From positions 44,420-108,419 of the forward strand of contig CAZSKS010000001.1 in NCBI GenBank assembly GCA_964607465.1: a stretch of 64,000 nt of DNA, given 5' to 3'. The DNA is from an uncultured Gemmatimonadota bacterium (lineage in GTDB: Bacteria > Gemmatimonadota > Gemmatimonadetes > Palauibacterales > Palauibacteraceae). A model generated the notes under the pieces. It was not told the DNA's origin, searched no databases, and saw only the letters and a list, made by a program, of their open reading frames with translations. Shown in pieces: positions 8,318 to 17,751 of the stretch. The first letter of the stretch is position 1. Each line of letters opens with the position of its first letter. Made by a program: the position numbers and the translations under genes.

Positions 8318-9463
8318 ATGACGCGCGTCGCGGGCATCGACCCGGGAACGGTCAGCGTCGACATCTGCGGGCTGGAGGACGGATCCGTGGCTTTCACGGC
8401 GGAGATCCCCACCTCCGATCTGGCCGCCGACTCCGGTGGCCTGCGGGACGCCCTGGGGCGGTGGGCTCCCCTGGACGGCGCCGTGGCGCCCAGCGGCTAC
8501 GGGCTGCCCCTGGCCCGGCTCTCGGAGCTGGACGACCGGGCCCTCCGGCTGGCCTTTCTCAGCGTGCCCGGCGGAACCGGGGGGATCCCCGGCCTGGTGC
8601 GGGCCGTGGCCGCCCTGCGGGAGGCCGACGTACCTGTCTGGGTCCTCCCCGGCGTCGTCCACCTGCCGACCGTGCCCGAGCACCGGAAGGTGAACCGGAT
8701 CGACATGGGAACCGCCGACAAGCTCTGCTCGGTGGCCCTCGCCGTGGCCGATCAGGCCGGGCGCCTCGACCTGTCGCCCTCCGGGACCGACTTCCTGCTG
8801 CTGGAGCTGGGAGGTGCCTTCACCAGCGTCCTCTCCGTCCAGGACGGCGCCGTGGCGGACGGGATCGGTGGCTCGTCCGGCCCGCCGGGCGTGCGCGGGC
8901 CCGGATGCCTCGACGGCGAGGTGGCCGTGGTGCTGGGGGAGGTCCGCAAGCGCCACGTCTTCTCGGGGGGCGCCGGCGCCGTGGCGTCGGGACGTCCGGC
9001 CGTCGCGTCGGGGGTCGACGGGCCGTCGTCCGACGCCGCCGTACGGACGGACGACGACGGGCCGTCCCCGGATCCGGCGGCGTGGGCCGGCGCGGAGGGG
9101 CCGCCGGGCGTGGCCTGGCGTCACCTGATGGAGGGCGCCGAGAAGGCGTGCCGCTCGCTCCTGGCCGTCCACCCCCGTCCGCGGGAGATCCTGCTGTCGG
9201 GCCGTCACGGGTCGCACCCCGCCGTCCTGGAGCGGCTCGACGAGACGCTGGGAGACGTGGCGCCGGTCCGCCGCCTCGAGGGCTTCACCGGCGCGGTCAG
9301 CGCCGCCGCCCAGGGGGCCGCGCTCCTGGCCGACGGCCTGTGCGGCGGACGGCACGCTGCGCTGGTGGAGACCCTGGCGCTGCGCGAGGCCGACGGTACG
9401 GTCTTCGACCACCTCTACCTGGACGGCGTGGCCGAGGGCGCGGCCCGCTGGCTGGAAGCATGA
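8318..9463 (+). CDS. ASKHA-fold (sugar kinase/actin-like) protein, DUF1464-like, function unknown
   Basis: The N-terminal VAGIDPGTVSVDICGLEDG phosphate-1 type motif and ...NRIDMGTADKLCSVALAV resemble archaeal DUF1464-type proteins. It is embedded between mtdB and fhcB. Confidence 0.65.
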   Translation: MTRVAGIDPGTVSVDICGLEDGSVAFTAEIPTSDLAADSGGLRDALGRWAPLDGAVAPSGYGLPLARLSELDDRALRLAFLSVPGGTGGIPGLVRAVAALREADVPVWVLPGVVHLPTVPEHRKVNRIDMGTADKLCSVALAVADQAGRLDLSPSGTDFLLLELGGAFTSVLSVQDGAVADGIGGSSGPPGVRGPGCLDGEVAVVLGEVRKRHVFSGGAGAVASGRPAVASGVDGPSSDAAVRTDDDGPSPDPAAWAGAEGPPGVAWRHLMEGAEKACRSLLAVHPRPREILLSGRHGSHPAVLERLDETLGDVAPVRRLEGFTGAVSAAAQGAALLADGLCGGRHAALVETLALREADGTVFDHLYLDGVAEGAARWLEA

Positions 9464-9487
9464 GCGCGGGGCCGGAGGCGTGAGCCC

Positions 9488-10807
9488 GTGAGCGGAGCGG
9501 ACGCCGGGACGGGGCGCCGGGCCCTGTGCGCCGGCTGCGGCTGCCTGTGCGACGACCTCCGGCTGGAGGATCCCCCGTACCGGGCCGGGGAGGACCACGT
9601 GGACACCGACTGCGCCGTGGGCCGGGAGTGGTTCGCGACCCGGGTCTTCGCCCGCGCGCCCGATGCCGCGCCCCCGGAGGTGGGCGGCGAGGCCACCGAC
9701 CTGCCGGCGGCCGCGGCCCGGGCGGCGGAGATCCTGAGGGCGGCGCGCCACCCGCTGGTGACGGGCCTCGACCGGTTGTCGCTGGAGGGCCAGCGGGGGA
9801 TGGTGGAGGTGGCGGACCGGATCGGGGCGGACCTGGTCCCGTCGGCGGACGAGGGAGCGGGCACCCGGCTGGCGATCCACCGGGACGGCGGGCCCTTCCT
9901 CACCCTCGGCGAGATCCGCGAGCGCGTCGACTGCCTGGTGCTGTGGTTCGTGGAGCCCGGCCGCACCCATCCCCGTCTCCTGGAGCGGTTCTATCCGGAC
10001 GACCCCGCCGGGGGACGGGAGCGCACGCTGGTGGCCGTCGGCCCCGCGGCGGAGGAGACGGACGCGGACCTGGCCGTCCCGGTCGACCGGTCCGACGGCC
10101 TGCGTCTCCTGTGGATCCTCCGTCTGCTGGCCGCCGACCCTGGCGCCCCGGAGCGGCGGGACGACCCGCTCGGCTCCGCCGCCGTCGACCTGATGGAGCG
10201 CGTCCGCGACGCCAGCTCCGGAGCCTGGCTCTACGACGGCGAGGCGGGGGCGACCGCGGGGCCGGTGGAGGTGTCCGGCATCCTCCGGCTCCTGAACGCC
10301 CTGAACGAGGACGCCCCCTGGGGGGCGCGGCCGCTGCTGGGCGAGGGCAACCCCGCCGGGGCGGAGGCGGTCGCCACGTGGCAGACGGGCTATCCCGGGC
10401 CGCTCACCTTCCGCGGGGGACCTCCCCGGTACGAGGGCGGGACCTGGACGGGCGAGCGGGGCGGGTTCGACGCCGTGCTCCTGGCCGGCGGCCACCCCGG
10501 AGACCTCCCCTTTCCCGACCGGCCTCCGTGCGTCTGGCTCGACACCGGCCCGTCGGCGGACGGCGCCGTCGGGGACGGACAGGGCGCGGGCGGCCCGGAC
10601 GCGGGACGGGCCGAGGGGATCGTCCGGATCCCCGTCCTGCCCCCCGGGGCCGCCGAAGGGGACACCCTGATCCGGATGGACGGCGTCGGCGTCCGGTCCC
10701 CCGGCGTTCCCCGCGCCGGCGGCTGGCCGGGCGTCCACGCCGCGGAGGCGCTCCGGACCGTGCTGCGGGAGCTGGACGAGGCCGGGCGCCGGGAGGCCGC
10801 AACGTGA
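9488..10807 (+). CDS. fhcB: formyltransferase/hydrolase complex subunit B (FwdB-like)
   Basis: The GTG start gives ...RRALCAGCGCLCDDLRLED, with an FwdB/FhcB-like N-terminus and length. Its stop overlaps the fhcA start (GTGA at 10804-10807). Confidence 0.85.
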   Translation: MSGADAGTGRRALCAGCGCLCDDLRLEDPPYRAGEDHVDTDCAVGREWFATRVFARAPDAAPPEVGGEATDLPAAAARAAEILRAARHPLVTGLDRLSLEGQRGMVEVADRIGADLVPSADEGAGTRLAIHRDGGPFLTLGEIRERVDCLVLWFVEPGRTHPRLLERFYPDDPAGGRERTLVAVGPAAEETDADLAVPVDRSDGLRLLWILRLLAADPGAPERRDDPLGSAAVDLMERVRDASSGAWLYDGEAGATAGPVEVSGILRLLNALNEDAPWGARPLLGEGNPAGAEAVATWQTGYPGPLTFRGGPPRYEGGTWTGERGGFDAVLLAGGHPGDLPFPDRPPCVWLDTGPSADGAVGDGQGAGGPDAGRAEGIVRIPVLPPGAAEGDTLIRMDGVGVRSPGVPRAGGWPGVHAAEALRTVLRELDEAGRREAAT

Positions 10808-12483
10808 GCGACGCGCTCCGCATCGAGGGCGGCGTGGTGCACGACCCGGCCAACGGCGTCGACGGCGAGCGGCGCGACGTGTGCCTCCGGGACGGCCGCG
10901 TCGTGGAGGAGCTGCCGGACGACGCGCCGCGGCTGGACGTCCAGGGCGCCTACGTCCTCCCGGGCGGGGTGGACATCCACTGCCACATCGCGGGCCCGAA
11001 GGTGGGCCACGCCCGGAACCTCCACCCCGAGCGCGCCCGCGGCGAGGAGGTGCCGGCGCCCCGGTGGCCCGGCGGCGGGCGCGGCCGCTCGGGGACCGGC
11101 GGGACCGTCCCCTCGTCCTTCGTCACCGGCTACCGGTACGCGGGCCTCGGCTACACCACGGCCATGGAGGCGGCCCTGCCGCCCTCCGGCGCCCGGCGCA
11201 CCCACCTGGAGCTCCGGGACGTCCCCACCCTCGACCGGGGGCTGTACGTGCTGGCGGCCAACCACCGGTTCCTGCTGGAGGCGCTGGCGGACGGAGAGCA
11301 CGAGGTGGCCCGGGCCTTCCTCGGCTGGCTGGTCCGGCGCACCGGGGCGTTCACCCTGAAGGCGGTGAACCCGGGAGGGGTGGAGGCGTGGAAGGAGCGG
11401 CGCGGCAACCTGACGGACGTGAACGAGCCCCTGGACGGCCTGGACGTCACGCCGCTGGACATCGTGCGGGCCATGGCCGGGGCGGCCGACGAGCTGGGTC
11501 TCCCCCATCCGGTCCACGTCCACGCGAACAACCTGGGGGTCCCCGGCAACGTGGAGACCACCCTGGAGACGATGCGGGCCGTGGACGGCCGACGGGCCCA
11601 CTTCGCCCACGCCCAGTTCCACGCCTACGGCTCGGACGGGGACGGGCGCCCGCTGTCGGCGGCCCGGCGGCTCATGGACTACGTCAACGACCACCCGAAG
11701 GTGAGCCTGGACGTGGGCCAGGTGATGTTCGGTCAGGCCACGACGATGACGGCCGACGGGCCGGTCGGGCACCTCCTCCACCGGCTGTCGGGGAACCGGT
11801 GGTACAACCTCGACACCGAGCTCGAGACCGGCTGCGGCGTGGTCCCCTACGAGTACCGACCCGAGCGGTACGTCCACGCCCTGCAGTGGGCGGTGGGGCT
11901 GGAGATGTTCCTGCTGGCCGAGGACCCGTGGCGGGTCGTCCTCTCCACCGACCACCCCAATGGCGCCTCGTTCCTGAGCTACCCCCGCCTGGTCCGGCTG
12001 CTCATGGACGCCACCTACCGGAAGGAGCGCCTCCGGGAGGTCCACCCCGACGTGGTGGAGGGCTCGGCGCTGGCCGACGGCCTCGACCGGGAGTACACCC
12101 TGAACGAGATCGTCGTCATCACCCGGGCGGCCCCGGCCCGGCTGCTGGGGCTGGAGGACCGGAAGGGCCACCTGGGGCCGGGCGCCGACGCCGACCTCTC
12201 CATCTACGATCCCGGCGAGGACTGGGAGGCGACCTTCCGGTCGCCCCGCTACGTGTTCAAGGGAGGACGGCCGGTCCTGGAGGAGGGCGAGCCGGTGGGG
12301 GCGACGGCCGGACGGACGCTGACCGCCTCCCCCGCGTACGACCCCGGGGTCGAGGACCGCATCGGCGCCTTCCTGCGGGACCGGCTGTCCATCCGCCCCG
12401 ACAGCTGGGGGATCCTCGACGAGGAGCTGGCCCGGGCCGAGGACATCGTCGCGGTCGGTGAGGCCGGCGAGGGGGCGGCGTGA
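10804..12483 (+). CDS. fhcA: formyltransferase/hydrolase complex subunit A (FwdA-like amidohydrolase)
   Basis: VSDALRIEGGVVHDPANGVDGERRDVCLRDGRVV...AYVLPGGVDIHCHIAGPKV shows the amidohydrolase HxH motif. It is the C-terminal 559 codons of the long ORF 9526-12483. Confidence 0.9.
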   Translation: MSDALRIEGGVVHDPANGVDGERRDVCLRDGRVVEELPDDAPRLDVQGAYVLPGGVDIHCHIAGPKVGHARNLHPERARGEEVPAPRWPGGGRGRSGTGGTVPSSFVTGYRYAGLGYTTAMEAALPPSGARRTHLELRDVPTLDRGLYVLAANHRFLLEALADGEHEVARAFLGWLVRRTGAFTLKAVNPGGVEAWKERRGNLTDVNEPLDGLDVTPLDIVRAMAGAADELGLPHPVHVHANNLGVPGNVETTLETMRAVDGRRAHFAHAQFHAYGSDGDGRPLSAARRLMDYVNDHPKVSLDVGQVMFGQATTMTADGPVGHLLHRLSGNRWYNLDTELETGCGVVPYEYRPERYVHALQWAVGLEMFLLAEDPWRVVLSTDHPNGASFLSYPRLVRLLMDATYRKERLREVHPDVVEGSALADGLDREYTLNEIVVITRAAPARLLGLEDRKGHLGPGADADLSIYDPGEDWEATFRSPRYVFKGGRPVLEEGEPVGATAGRTLTASPAYDPGVEDRIGAFLRDRLSIRPDSWGILDEELARAEDIVAVGEAGEGAA

Positions 12484-12499
12484 GGATCGGGGAAGCGCG

Positions 12500-13390
12500 G
12501 TGAGGATCGGGGAGGTGGAGATCCGGGACACCTTCGCCGAGGCCTTCGACATGTGGGGAGCCCGGCTGGTCATCACCGGGCGGAACCGGCGGTGGGCGCG
12601 GGAGGGGGCCCGGAACGTCACGGGGTTCGCGACGTCGGTGATCGGGTGCAAGTGCGAGGCGGGCATCGAGCGGGAGCTGGCGGGGGAGGAGACGCCCGAC
12701 GGCCGACCGGGATTCGCGGTGCTCCTCTTCGCCTTCAGCGCCGACGACGTGGAGGAGCGGCTCGTGGAGCGGATCGGGCAGTCGATCCTGACCTGTCCGA
12801 CGACGGCGTGCTTCGACGGCCTCCCCGACGCCGAGCGACGGGTGGAGCCCGGCGGGCAGATCCGGTATTTCGGCGACCGCTACCAGATCAGCAAGCTCCT
12901 GGACGGACGGCGGCTCTGGCGGGTGCCCGTCATGGAGGGGGAGTTCGTCGTGGAGGAGGCGTTTGGCGTCCAGCCGGGGGTGGCCGGCGGCAACTTCCTC
13001 ATCCTCGCGCGCGACGGCGGGGCGGCCCTGGACGCCGCCGAGCGGGCGGTGGACGCCATGCGGCCCGTGCCCTCGACCATCCTGCCCTTCCCGGGCGGCG
13101 TGGTGCGGAGCGGCAGCAAGGTCGGCTCCCGGGCCTACGAGATGAACGCCACCACCAACGAGCGCTACTGCCCGACCCTCCGGGCCATGGCCGACACCGC
13201 CCTGCCCGAGGACGTGGGCTCGGTGCTCGAGATCGTCGTCAACGGCCTGGCGGAGGAGCCGGTGGCCGCCAGCCTGCGGGCGGGCGTTCGCGCCGCCTGC
13301 GGCCCCGGCGTCGTGGCCATCGACGCCGGCAACTATGGCGGTGACCTCGGGGACCATCACTTCCACCTCCACGAGATCCTGGACGGATGA
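12500..13390 (+). CDS. fhcD: formylmethanofuran:H4MPT formyltransferase (Ftr)
   Basis: VRIGEVEIRDTFAEAFDMWGARLVITG... aligns with the Ftr/FhcD N-terminus (INGVEIxDTFAEAF). I chose GTG 12500 over the upstream GTG 12458. Confidence 0.9.
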   Translation: MRIGEVEIRDTFAEAFDMWGARLVITGRNRRWAREGARNVTGFATSVIGCKCEAGIERELAGEETPDGRPGFAVLLFAFSADDVEERLVERIGQSILTCPTTACFDGLPDAERRVEPGGQIRYFGDRYQISKLLDGRRLWRVPVMEGEFVVEEAFGVQPGVAGGNFLILARDGGAALDAAERAVDAMRPVPSTILPFPGGVVRSGSKVGSRAYEMNATTNERYCPTLRAMADTALPEDVGSVLEIVVNGLAEEPVAASLRAGVRAACGPGVVAIDAGNYGGDLGDHHFHLHEILDG

Positions 13391-14217
13391 GCCGGGTCCG
13401 CCTGTCCCTCCGGACGCCGCTCGAGGCGCCGCTGGACGGATCGCCCCTCGCCCCCGGCCGGCTCTGTCCTCTGGGGGAGGGGGAGGTCTCCGGCCTGACG
13501 CTCCGATACGGCAACCGGGACGTCCAGGTCGGCGAGCTGTTCGAGGTCTCGGTGGAGGCGGGCTCCGGCGACGGGGCCGACCGCCTGGAGCTGGCCGGCG
13601 ACCTGGCCCGCGGCCACCGGCTGGGGCGGGCCATGGACGGCGGCGAGCTCGTGATCGACGGGGACGCGGGCGACCATCTCGGGGCGGGGATGTCCGGGGG
13701 CAGCGTCACGGTGCGCGGTTCGGCGGGCGGCTGGTGCGGCGCCGAGATGACCGGCGGCCGGATCCGGGTCGAGGGGGACGTGGGCCGGCGGGCCGGCGCC
13801 GCCTACCCGGGCAGCCGCCACGGGATGAACCGCGGCGTCATCCTGGTGGAGGGCGACGCGGGCCCCTACCTGGGCGAGACCATGCGTCGGGGGCTGATCG
13901 CCGTCCGGGGGCGGACGGGCCATCACGCCGGGGCCCACATGGTGGCCGGCAGCGTCTTCCTGCTGGGCGGCGGCCCGGGACCGGTGGGCGCCGCCATGCG
14001 GCGCGGGACGATCCTGGCGACGGGCGAGCCGGAGCTCCTCCCCGGGTTCCGCTACGCCTGCACCTACCGGCCGCCCTTCCTCCCCTTCTACTGGCGCCGG
14101 CTCCGGGAGCGGTACGACTTTCCGGTGGCGGCCCGGCTGGCGTCGGGTCCCTGGCGACGCTACAGCGGCGACTTCACCGAGCTCGGACGCGGCGAAGTGC
14201 TTCTGCTCGACGAGTGA
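13387..14217 (+). CDS. fhcC: formyltransferase/hydrolase complex subunit C (FwdC-like)
   Basis: Repeated GxxGxxxG beta-helix motifs (DGDAGDHLGAGMSGGSVTVRGSAGGWCGAEMTGGRIRVEGD). There is an ATGA overlap with fhcD. Confidence 0.9.
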   Translation: MSRVRLSLRTPLEAPLDGSPLAPGRLCPLGEGEVSGLTLRYGNRDVQVGELFEVSVEAGSGDGADRLELAGDLARGHRLGRAMDGGELVIDGDAGDHLGAGMSGGSVTVRGSAGGWCGAEMTGGRIRVEGDVGRRAGAAYPGSRHGMNRGVILVEGDAGPYLGETMRRGLIAVRGRTGHHAGAHMVAGSVFLLGGGPGPVGAAMRRGTILATGEPELLPGFRYACTYRPPFLPFYWRRLRERYDFPVAARLASGPWRRYSGDFTELGRGEVLLLDE

Positions 14218-14236
14218 TCCACCGGAAGGGACGCAG

Positions 14237-15220
14237 ATGACCCCGACGCGCGACACCGCGATCGACCTGGAGACGGGCCTGAACGAGCGCGCCTGGCGCC
14301 TCGTGGAAGATACGATCGGGCGGGCCGAGGAGCTCGGCGTCCGCGCCTCCGTCCTCGAGGGCGGGGCCCGGGTGGTGGACTTCGGGGTGGAGGCGCCGGG
14401 AGGCCTCGAGGCGGGCCGCCGGCTGGCCGAGATCTGCATGGGCGGACTGGGGGACGTCCGCCTCACCCACGTGGACCTGGACGGCTGGTGGATCCCCGCC
14501 GTGCAGGTCGCCACCGACCATCCGGCCCTCGCCTGCATGGCGGCCCAGTACGCCGGGTGGCAGGTCTCGGTCGAGGACTACTTCGCCATGGGCTCCGGAC
14601 CGGGCCGGGCGGCCATCCGGGCGGAGACGGAGCTGTACGACGCCCTCGACTACGGGGAGGATCCCGACCACGCGGTCCTCGTCCTGGAGGGGGCGGAGCT
14701 GCCGGGCCCCGAGGTGGCGGCCGCGGTGGCCGGGCGGGCCGGCGTCGACGTCGCCCGGCTGGCCCTGGTCGTCGCCCCGACGGCCAGCCTGGCGGCGGGG
14801 GTGCAGGTGTGCGCCCGCTCCGTGGAGACGGGCATGCACAAGATGGTGGAGGAGGGCTACGACGTCCGGCGGGTGGCCTCCGGCTTCGGGACCGCCCCCC
14901 TGGCTCCGGTGGCCGGCGACGACCTGGAGGCCATGGGACGGACGAACGACTGCGTCCTGTACGGCGGCCGGGTGCACTACACGGTGGACGACGGGGACGA
15001 CGCGCTGGAGGCGCTGGCCGCCACCCTCCCCTCCCGGAACTCGCCGGACCACGGGCGGCCCTTCGTCGAGATCTTCGAGAGCTACGACCGGGACTTCTAC
15101 GAAATCGACCCCGCCCTCTTCAGCCCGGCCGAGGTGTGGATCACCAGCGCCCGGAGCGGACGCACCTTCCACGCGGGCGGTCTCGAGGTGGAGGTCCTCC
15201 GGCGGTCCCTCCTGGGATGA
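14237..15220 (+). CDS. mch: methenyl-tetrahydromethanopterin cyclohydrolase
   Basis: LNERAWRLVE...GARVVDFGVEAPGGLEAGRRLAEICMGGLG...ACMAAQYAGWQV...YFAMGSGPGRA is the Mch family pattern. The SD is GGAAGGG. Confidence 0.92.
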   Translation: MTPTRDTAIDLETGLNERAWRLVEDTIGRAEELGVRASVLEGGARVVDFGVEAPGGLEAGRRLAEICMGGLGDVRLTHVDLDGWWIPAVQVATDHPALACMAAQYAGWQVSVEDYFAMGSGPGRAAIRAETELYDALDYGEDPDHAVLVLEGAELPGPEVAAAVAGRAGVDVARLALVVAPTASLAAGVQVCARSVETGMHKMVEEGYDVRRVASGFGTAPLAPVAGDDLEAMGRTNDCVLYGGRVHYTVDDGDDALEALAATLPSRNSPDHGRPFVEIFESYDRDFYEIDPALFSPAEVWITSARSGRTFHAGGLEVEVLRRSLLG

Positions 15221-15248
15221 CGACGCCCGGCCGGCCGCCGGGGGGCTG

Positions 15249-16304
15249 ATGCCCGGGGAGAGGGACGGGGAGGAGCGCGGGGAGAGGGACGCGGCCGTCC
15301 CCCCGGACCGCGGCCACCCCCCGGAGCTCGGGCGAGGCGCGACCATCGGGGTGCGCGCACAGATCGCCTGCCTGGCCGAGCTGGCCGCCCCCAACCCCGG
15401 CAACGTCCGGCCGGGCCACGACCTCCCCGGGCTCACCGCCGGGGAGATGACCCGGAGCGCCGCCGCCATCGGCCCCGCCATGTCCGGGGCGGGCGACGTG
15501 CCGCTGGGCCGGACGATCCTCCGGGCGATCCGGGCCACGCGCCGCTGGGTGGACAGCAACACGAACCTCGGCATCGTGCTCCTGCTGGCCCCCGTGGCCC
15601 GAGCGGCAGCGCTGGCGCTGGCGGACGGCGGCCAGCCCCGGGCCGCCGGCGATCCCGCCCCGTCGGCGGACGCTCCGCCCCCGTCGCCGGAGGCACGCGT
15701 CCCGAGGGGAGGCGCCGGCTCCCTGGACGAGACGGCGCTGTGGGAGCAACTGGAGCAGGTCCTCGAGGCCTCCTCCGTCGACGACGCCCGCCTGGCCTAC
15801 CGGGCCATCCGGCTGGCCGAGCCCGGCGGCCTGGGCCGCGTCGGCGACCAGGACGTCTCCGGCACCCCCACCGTCCCGCTCCGCGACGCCATGGCCCGCG
15901 CCGCCGACCGGGACGCGGTGGCGGAGCAGTACGCCACCGGCTACGAGCTGCTCCGCACCACGGGGCTGCCCGCCGTGCGGTCGGCCCGGGCGGAGAGCCT
16001 GACCTGGGAGGACGCCGCCCACCGCTGCTTCGTCCTGCTGCTGGCCGAGCGCCCCGACTCGCTCGTCGCCCGGAAGTTCGGTCGCGAGGCGGCCGAGGAG
16101 CTGCAGGAGGCGGCGGAGCGGCTCCTGGCCGTCGGGCCGCCGGAGGCGACGGACGCGGCGGAGGGGTGGTCGGAGCTGGACCGCAGGCTGCGCTCCAGCG
16201 ACCCGCCCCGGAATCCCGGCACGACGGCGGACCTCACGGCCGCCGCCCTGTTCCTGGCGCTCCTCCTGGACGTGGGCTGGAACTCGCCCGCGGATGGCCA
16301 GTAG
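15249..16304 (+). CDS. triphosphoribosyl-dephospho-CoA synthase (CitG/MdcB)-like protein of methanopterin islands, reaction unknown
   Basis: ACLAELAAPNPGNVRPGHD...WVDSNTNLGIVLLLAP are CitG-family motifs. The start is uncertain. Confidence 0.7.
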   Translation: MPGERDGEERGERDAAVPPDRGHPPELGRGATIGVRAQIACLAELAAPNPGNVRPGHDLPGLTAGEMTRSAAAIGPAMSGAGDVPLGRTILRAIRATRRWVDSNTNLGIVLLLAPVARAAALALADGGQPRAAGDPAPSADAPPPSPEARVPRGGAGSLDETALWEQLEQVLEASSVDDARLAYRAIRLAEPGGLGRVGDQDVSGTPTVPLRDAMARAADRDAVAEQYATGYELLRTTGLPAVRSARAESLTWEDAAHRCFVLLLAERPDSLVARKFGREAAEELQEAAERLLAVGPPEATDAAEGWSELDRRLRSSDPPRNPGTTADLTAAALFLALLLDVGWNSPADGQ

Positions 16305-16398
16305 TGTACCAGCACGTCGTCGCGCCCGCCGTCCGGGACCCTGACGGGGCGGCCGGCGGCCCTCACCCTTCCCCCTCCTGCCGGCAAGGAGGCACCGC

Positions 16399-16977
16399 AT
16401 GACCACCACCAGGGACGAACGAGAGGCGGCCCCCACGGCGTCCGCCAAGCCGCGATCGCCCGACCCGGCCGATCCCGACACGACGTACAGCGTCACGGTC
16501 ACCAAGGACTACCTCGTCTTCAGCTCGGGCCACTTCATCACCTACGACGCCGGCGGACAGTGCGAGGCCCTCCACGGTCACAACTACCGGGTCGGCGTCA
16601 CGCTGCACGGCGACGTCAACGAGGACGCCTACGTCTACGACTTCGTGGCGCTGAAGGACCGTATGCGCGAGCTGGTCGACGTCCTGGACCACCGGATGCT
16701 CCTTCCCAGGGACAATCCCGACCTGGAGCTGCGGAAGGAGGAGGGCGGGGTCTCCGTCGCCTACGGCGACCGCCGGTACGTCTTCCCGGAGCGCGACGTG
16801 GTGATCCTGCCGATCCCCAACACCACCGCCGAGATGCTGGCCGAGTACCTCCTGGACCGGCTGGCCGACGACCTGCGGGGCGAGGGGGGCAGCGGAGTCG
16901 TCGAGGCCGCGATCGAGGTGGAGGAGTCCTTCGGGCAGTCCGCCACGGCCCGGCGCTCGCTGCGGCTGGAGACGTAG
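16399..16977 (+). CDS. 6-pyruvoyl-tetrahydropterin synthase family protein (pterin branch of H4MPT synthesis)
   Basis: FSSGHFITYDAGGQCEALHGHNYRVGVTLHGDV...YVYDFVALKDRMRELVDVLDHRMLLP is the PTPS/QueD fold signature. Strong SD (AAGGAGG). Confidence 0.8.
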   Translation: MTTTRDEREAAPTASAKPRSPDPADPDTTYSVTVTKDYLVFSSGHFITYDAGGQCEALHGHNYRVGVTLHGDVNEDAYVYDFVALKDRMRELVDVLDHRMLLPRDNPDLELRKEEGGVSVAYGDRRYVFPERDVVILPIPNTTAEMLAEYLLDRLADDLRGEGGSGVVEAAIEVEESFGQSATARRSLRLET

Positions 16978-16983
16978 ACCTCC

Positions 16984-17751
16984 GTGGACGGGGACCTGCA
17001 GGGGCGGACCGCGGTGGTGACGGGGGCGAGCGGCGGCATCGGTCGGGCCGTGGCGCTGCGGCTGGGCCGGGCCGGGGCCCGGGTCGTCGTCCACTACCAC
17101 AGCTCCGAGTCCGCCGCCGACGACACCGTCAGCGCCATCCGGGAGGCCGGCGGGGAGGCGATGGCCGCCCGGGCCGACCTCTCCTCGCCCCGGGGCGCCG
17201 GCGAGCTGGTCGACGCCACCCTCGACGCTTTCGGCGCGCCCGACATCTGGGCCAACATCGCCGGCGCCGACATCCTCACCGGCGCCGGGGCCCGCATGGA
17301 CCCGGAGGCGAAGGCCGAGGCGGTGGTCTCGGTGGACCTGCTGGGCACGATCCACTGCTCCCGGCGGGCCGGTCGCCTCATGAAGGAGGCCGGCGGGGGC
17401 GTCATCGTCAACACGTCCTGGGACCAGGTGCACGGCGGCGCGAAGGAGCGCGGCACGGACGCGGAGCTCTACGCGGCGGCCAAGGGCGGCATCGCCTCCT
17501 TCAGCCGCCTGCTCTCCCTGAGCCTGGCCCCCGAGGTCCGGGTCAACGTGGTGGCCCCCGGCTGGATCGAGACGACCTACGCCCGGGAGGAGATGCCCGA
17601 GGACGTCCACCGCCGGGTCGTCGATCAGACGCCGCTGGCCCGCCTGGGCCGCCCGGAGGACGTGGCCGGGGCCGTCCACTACCTCGTCTCCGACGACGCG
17701 GCCTTCATCACCGGGCAGACGATCGTCGTCAACGGCGGATACGCCACGTGA
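16984..17751 (+). CDS. short-chain dehydrogenase/reductase (SDR)
   Basis: TAVVTGASGGIGRAVALRL Rossmann motif, with ...YAAAKGG catalytic YxxxK. Its stop overlaps the next gene (GTGA 17748-17751). Confidence 0.85.
   Translation: MDGDLQGRTAVVTGASGGIGRAVALRLGRAGARVVVHYHSSESAADDTVSAIREAGGEAMAARADLSSPRGAGELVDATLDAFGAPDIWANIAGADILTGAGARMDPEAKAEAVVSVDLLGTIHCSRRAGRLMKEAGGGVIVNTSWDQVHGGAKERGTDAELYAAAKGGIASFSRLLSLSLAPEVRVNVVAPGWIETTYAREEMPEDVHRRVVDQTPLARLGRPEDVAGAVHYLVSDDAAFITGQTIVVNGGYAT

Noticed and set aside
7862-10738. 958-aa minus-strand ORF across mtdB, the DUF1464-like gene and fhcB. Similar giants occur at 999-2717, 1412-3685, 10390-12666, 19115-21616, 25607-27988, 30390-32762, 36041-38452, 38743-40482, 52808-55843 and 59557-61950.
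   Set aside because: All are mirror or shifted frames of confidently identified genes. They have Arg/Pro/Gly-dominated composition, no recognisable motifs and no sensible SD/start context.
12458-12499. Upstream GTG (12458) given by the ORF track as the fhcD start.
   Set aside because: It adds 14 Arg/Gly-rich residues not seen at Ftr/FhcD N-termini and lies inside fhcA. GTG 12500 aligns with the conserved start. It is retained only as an alternative.
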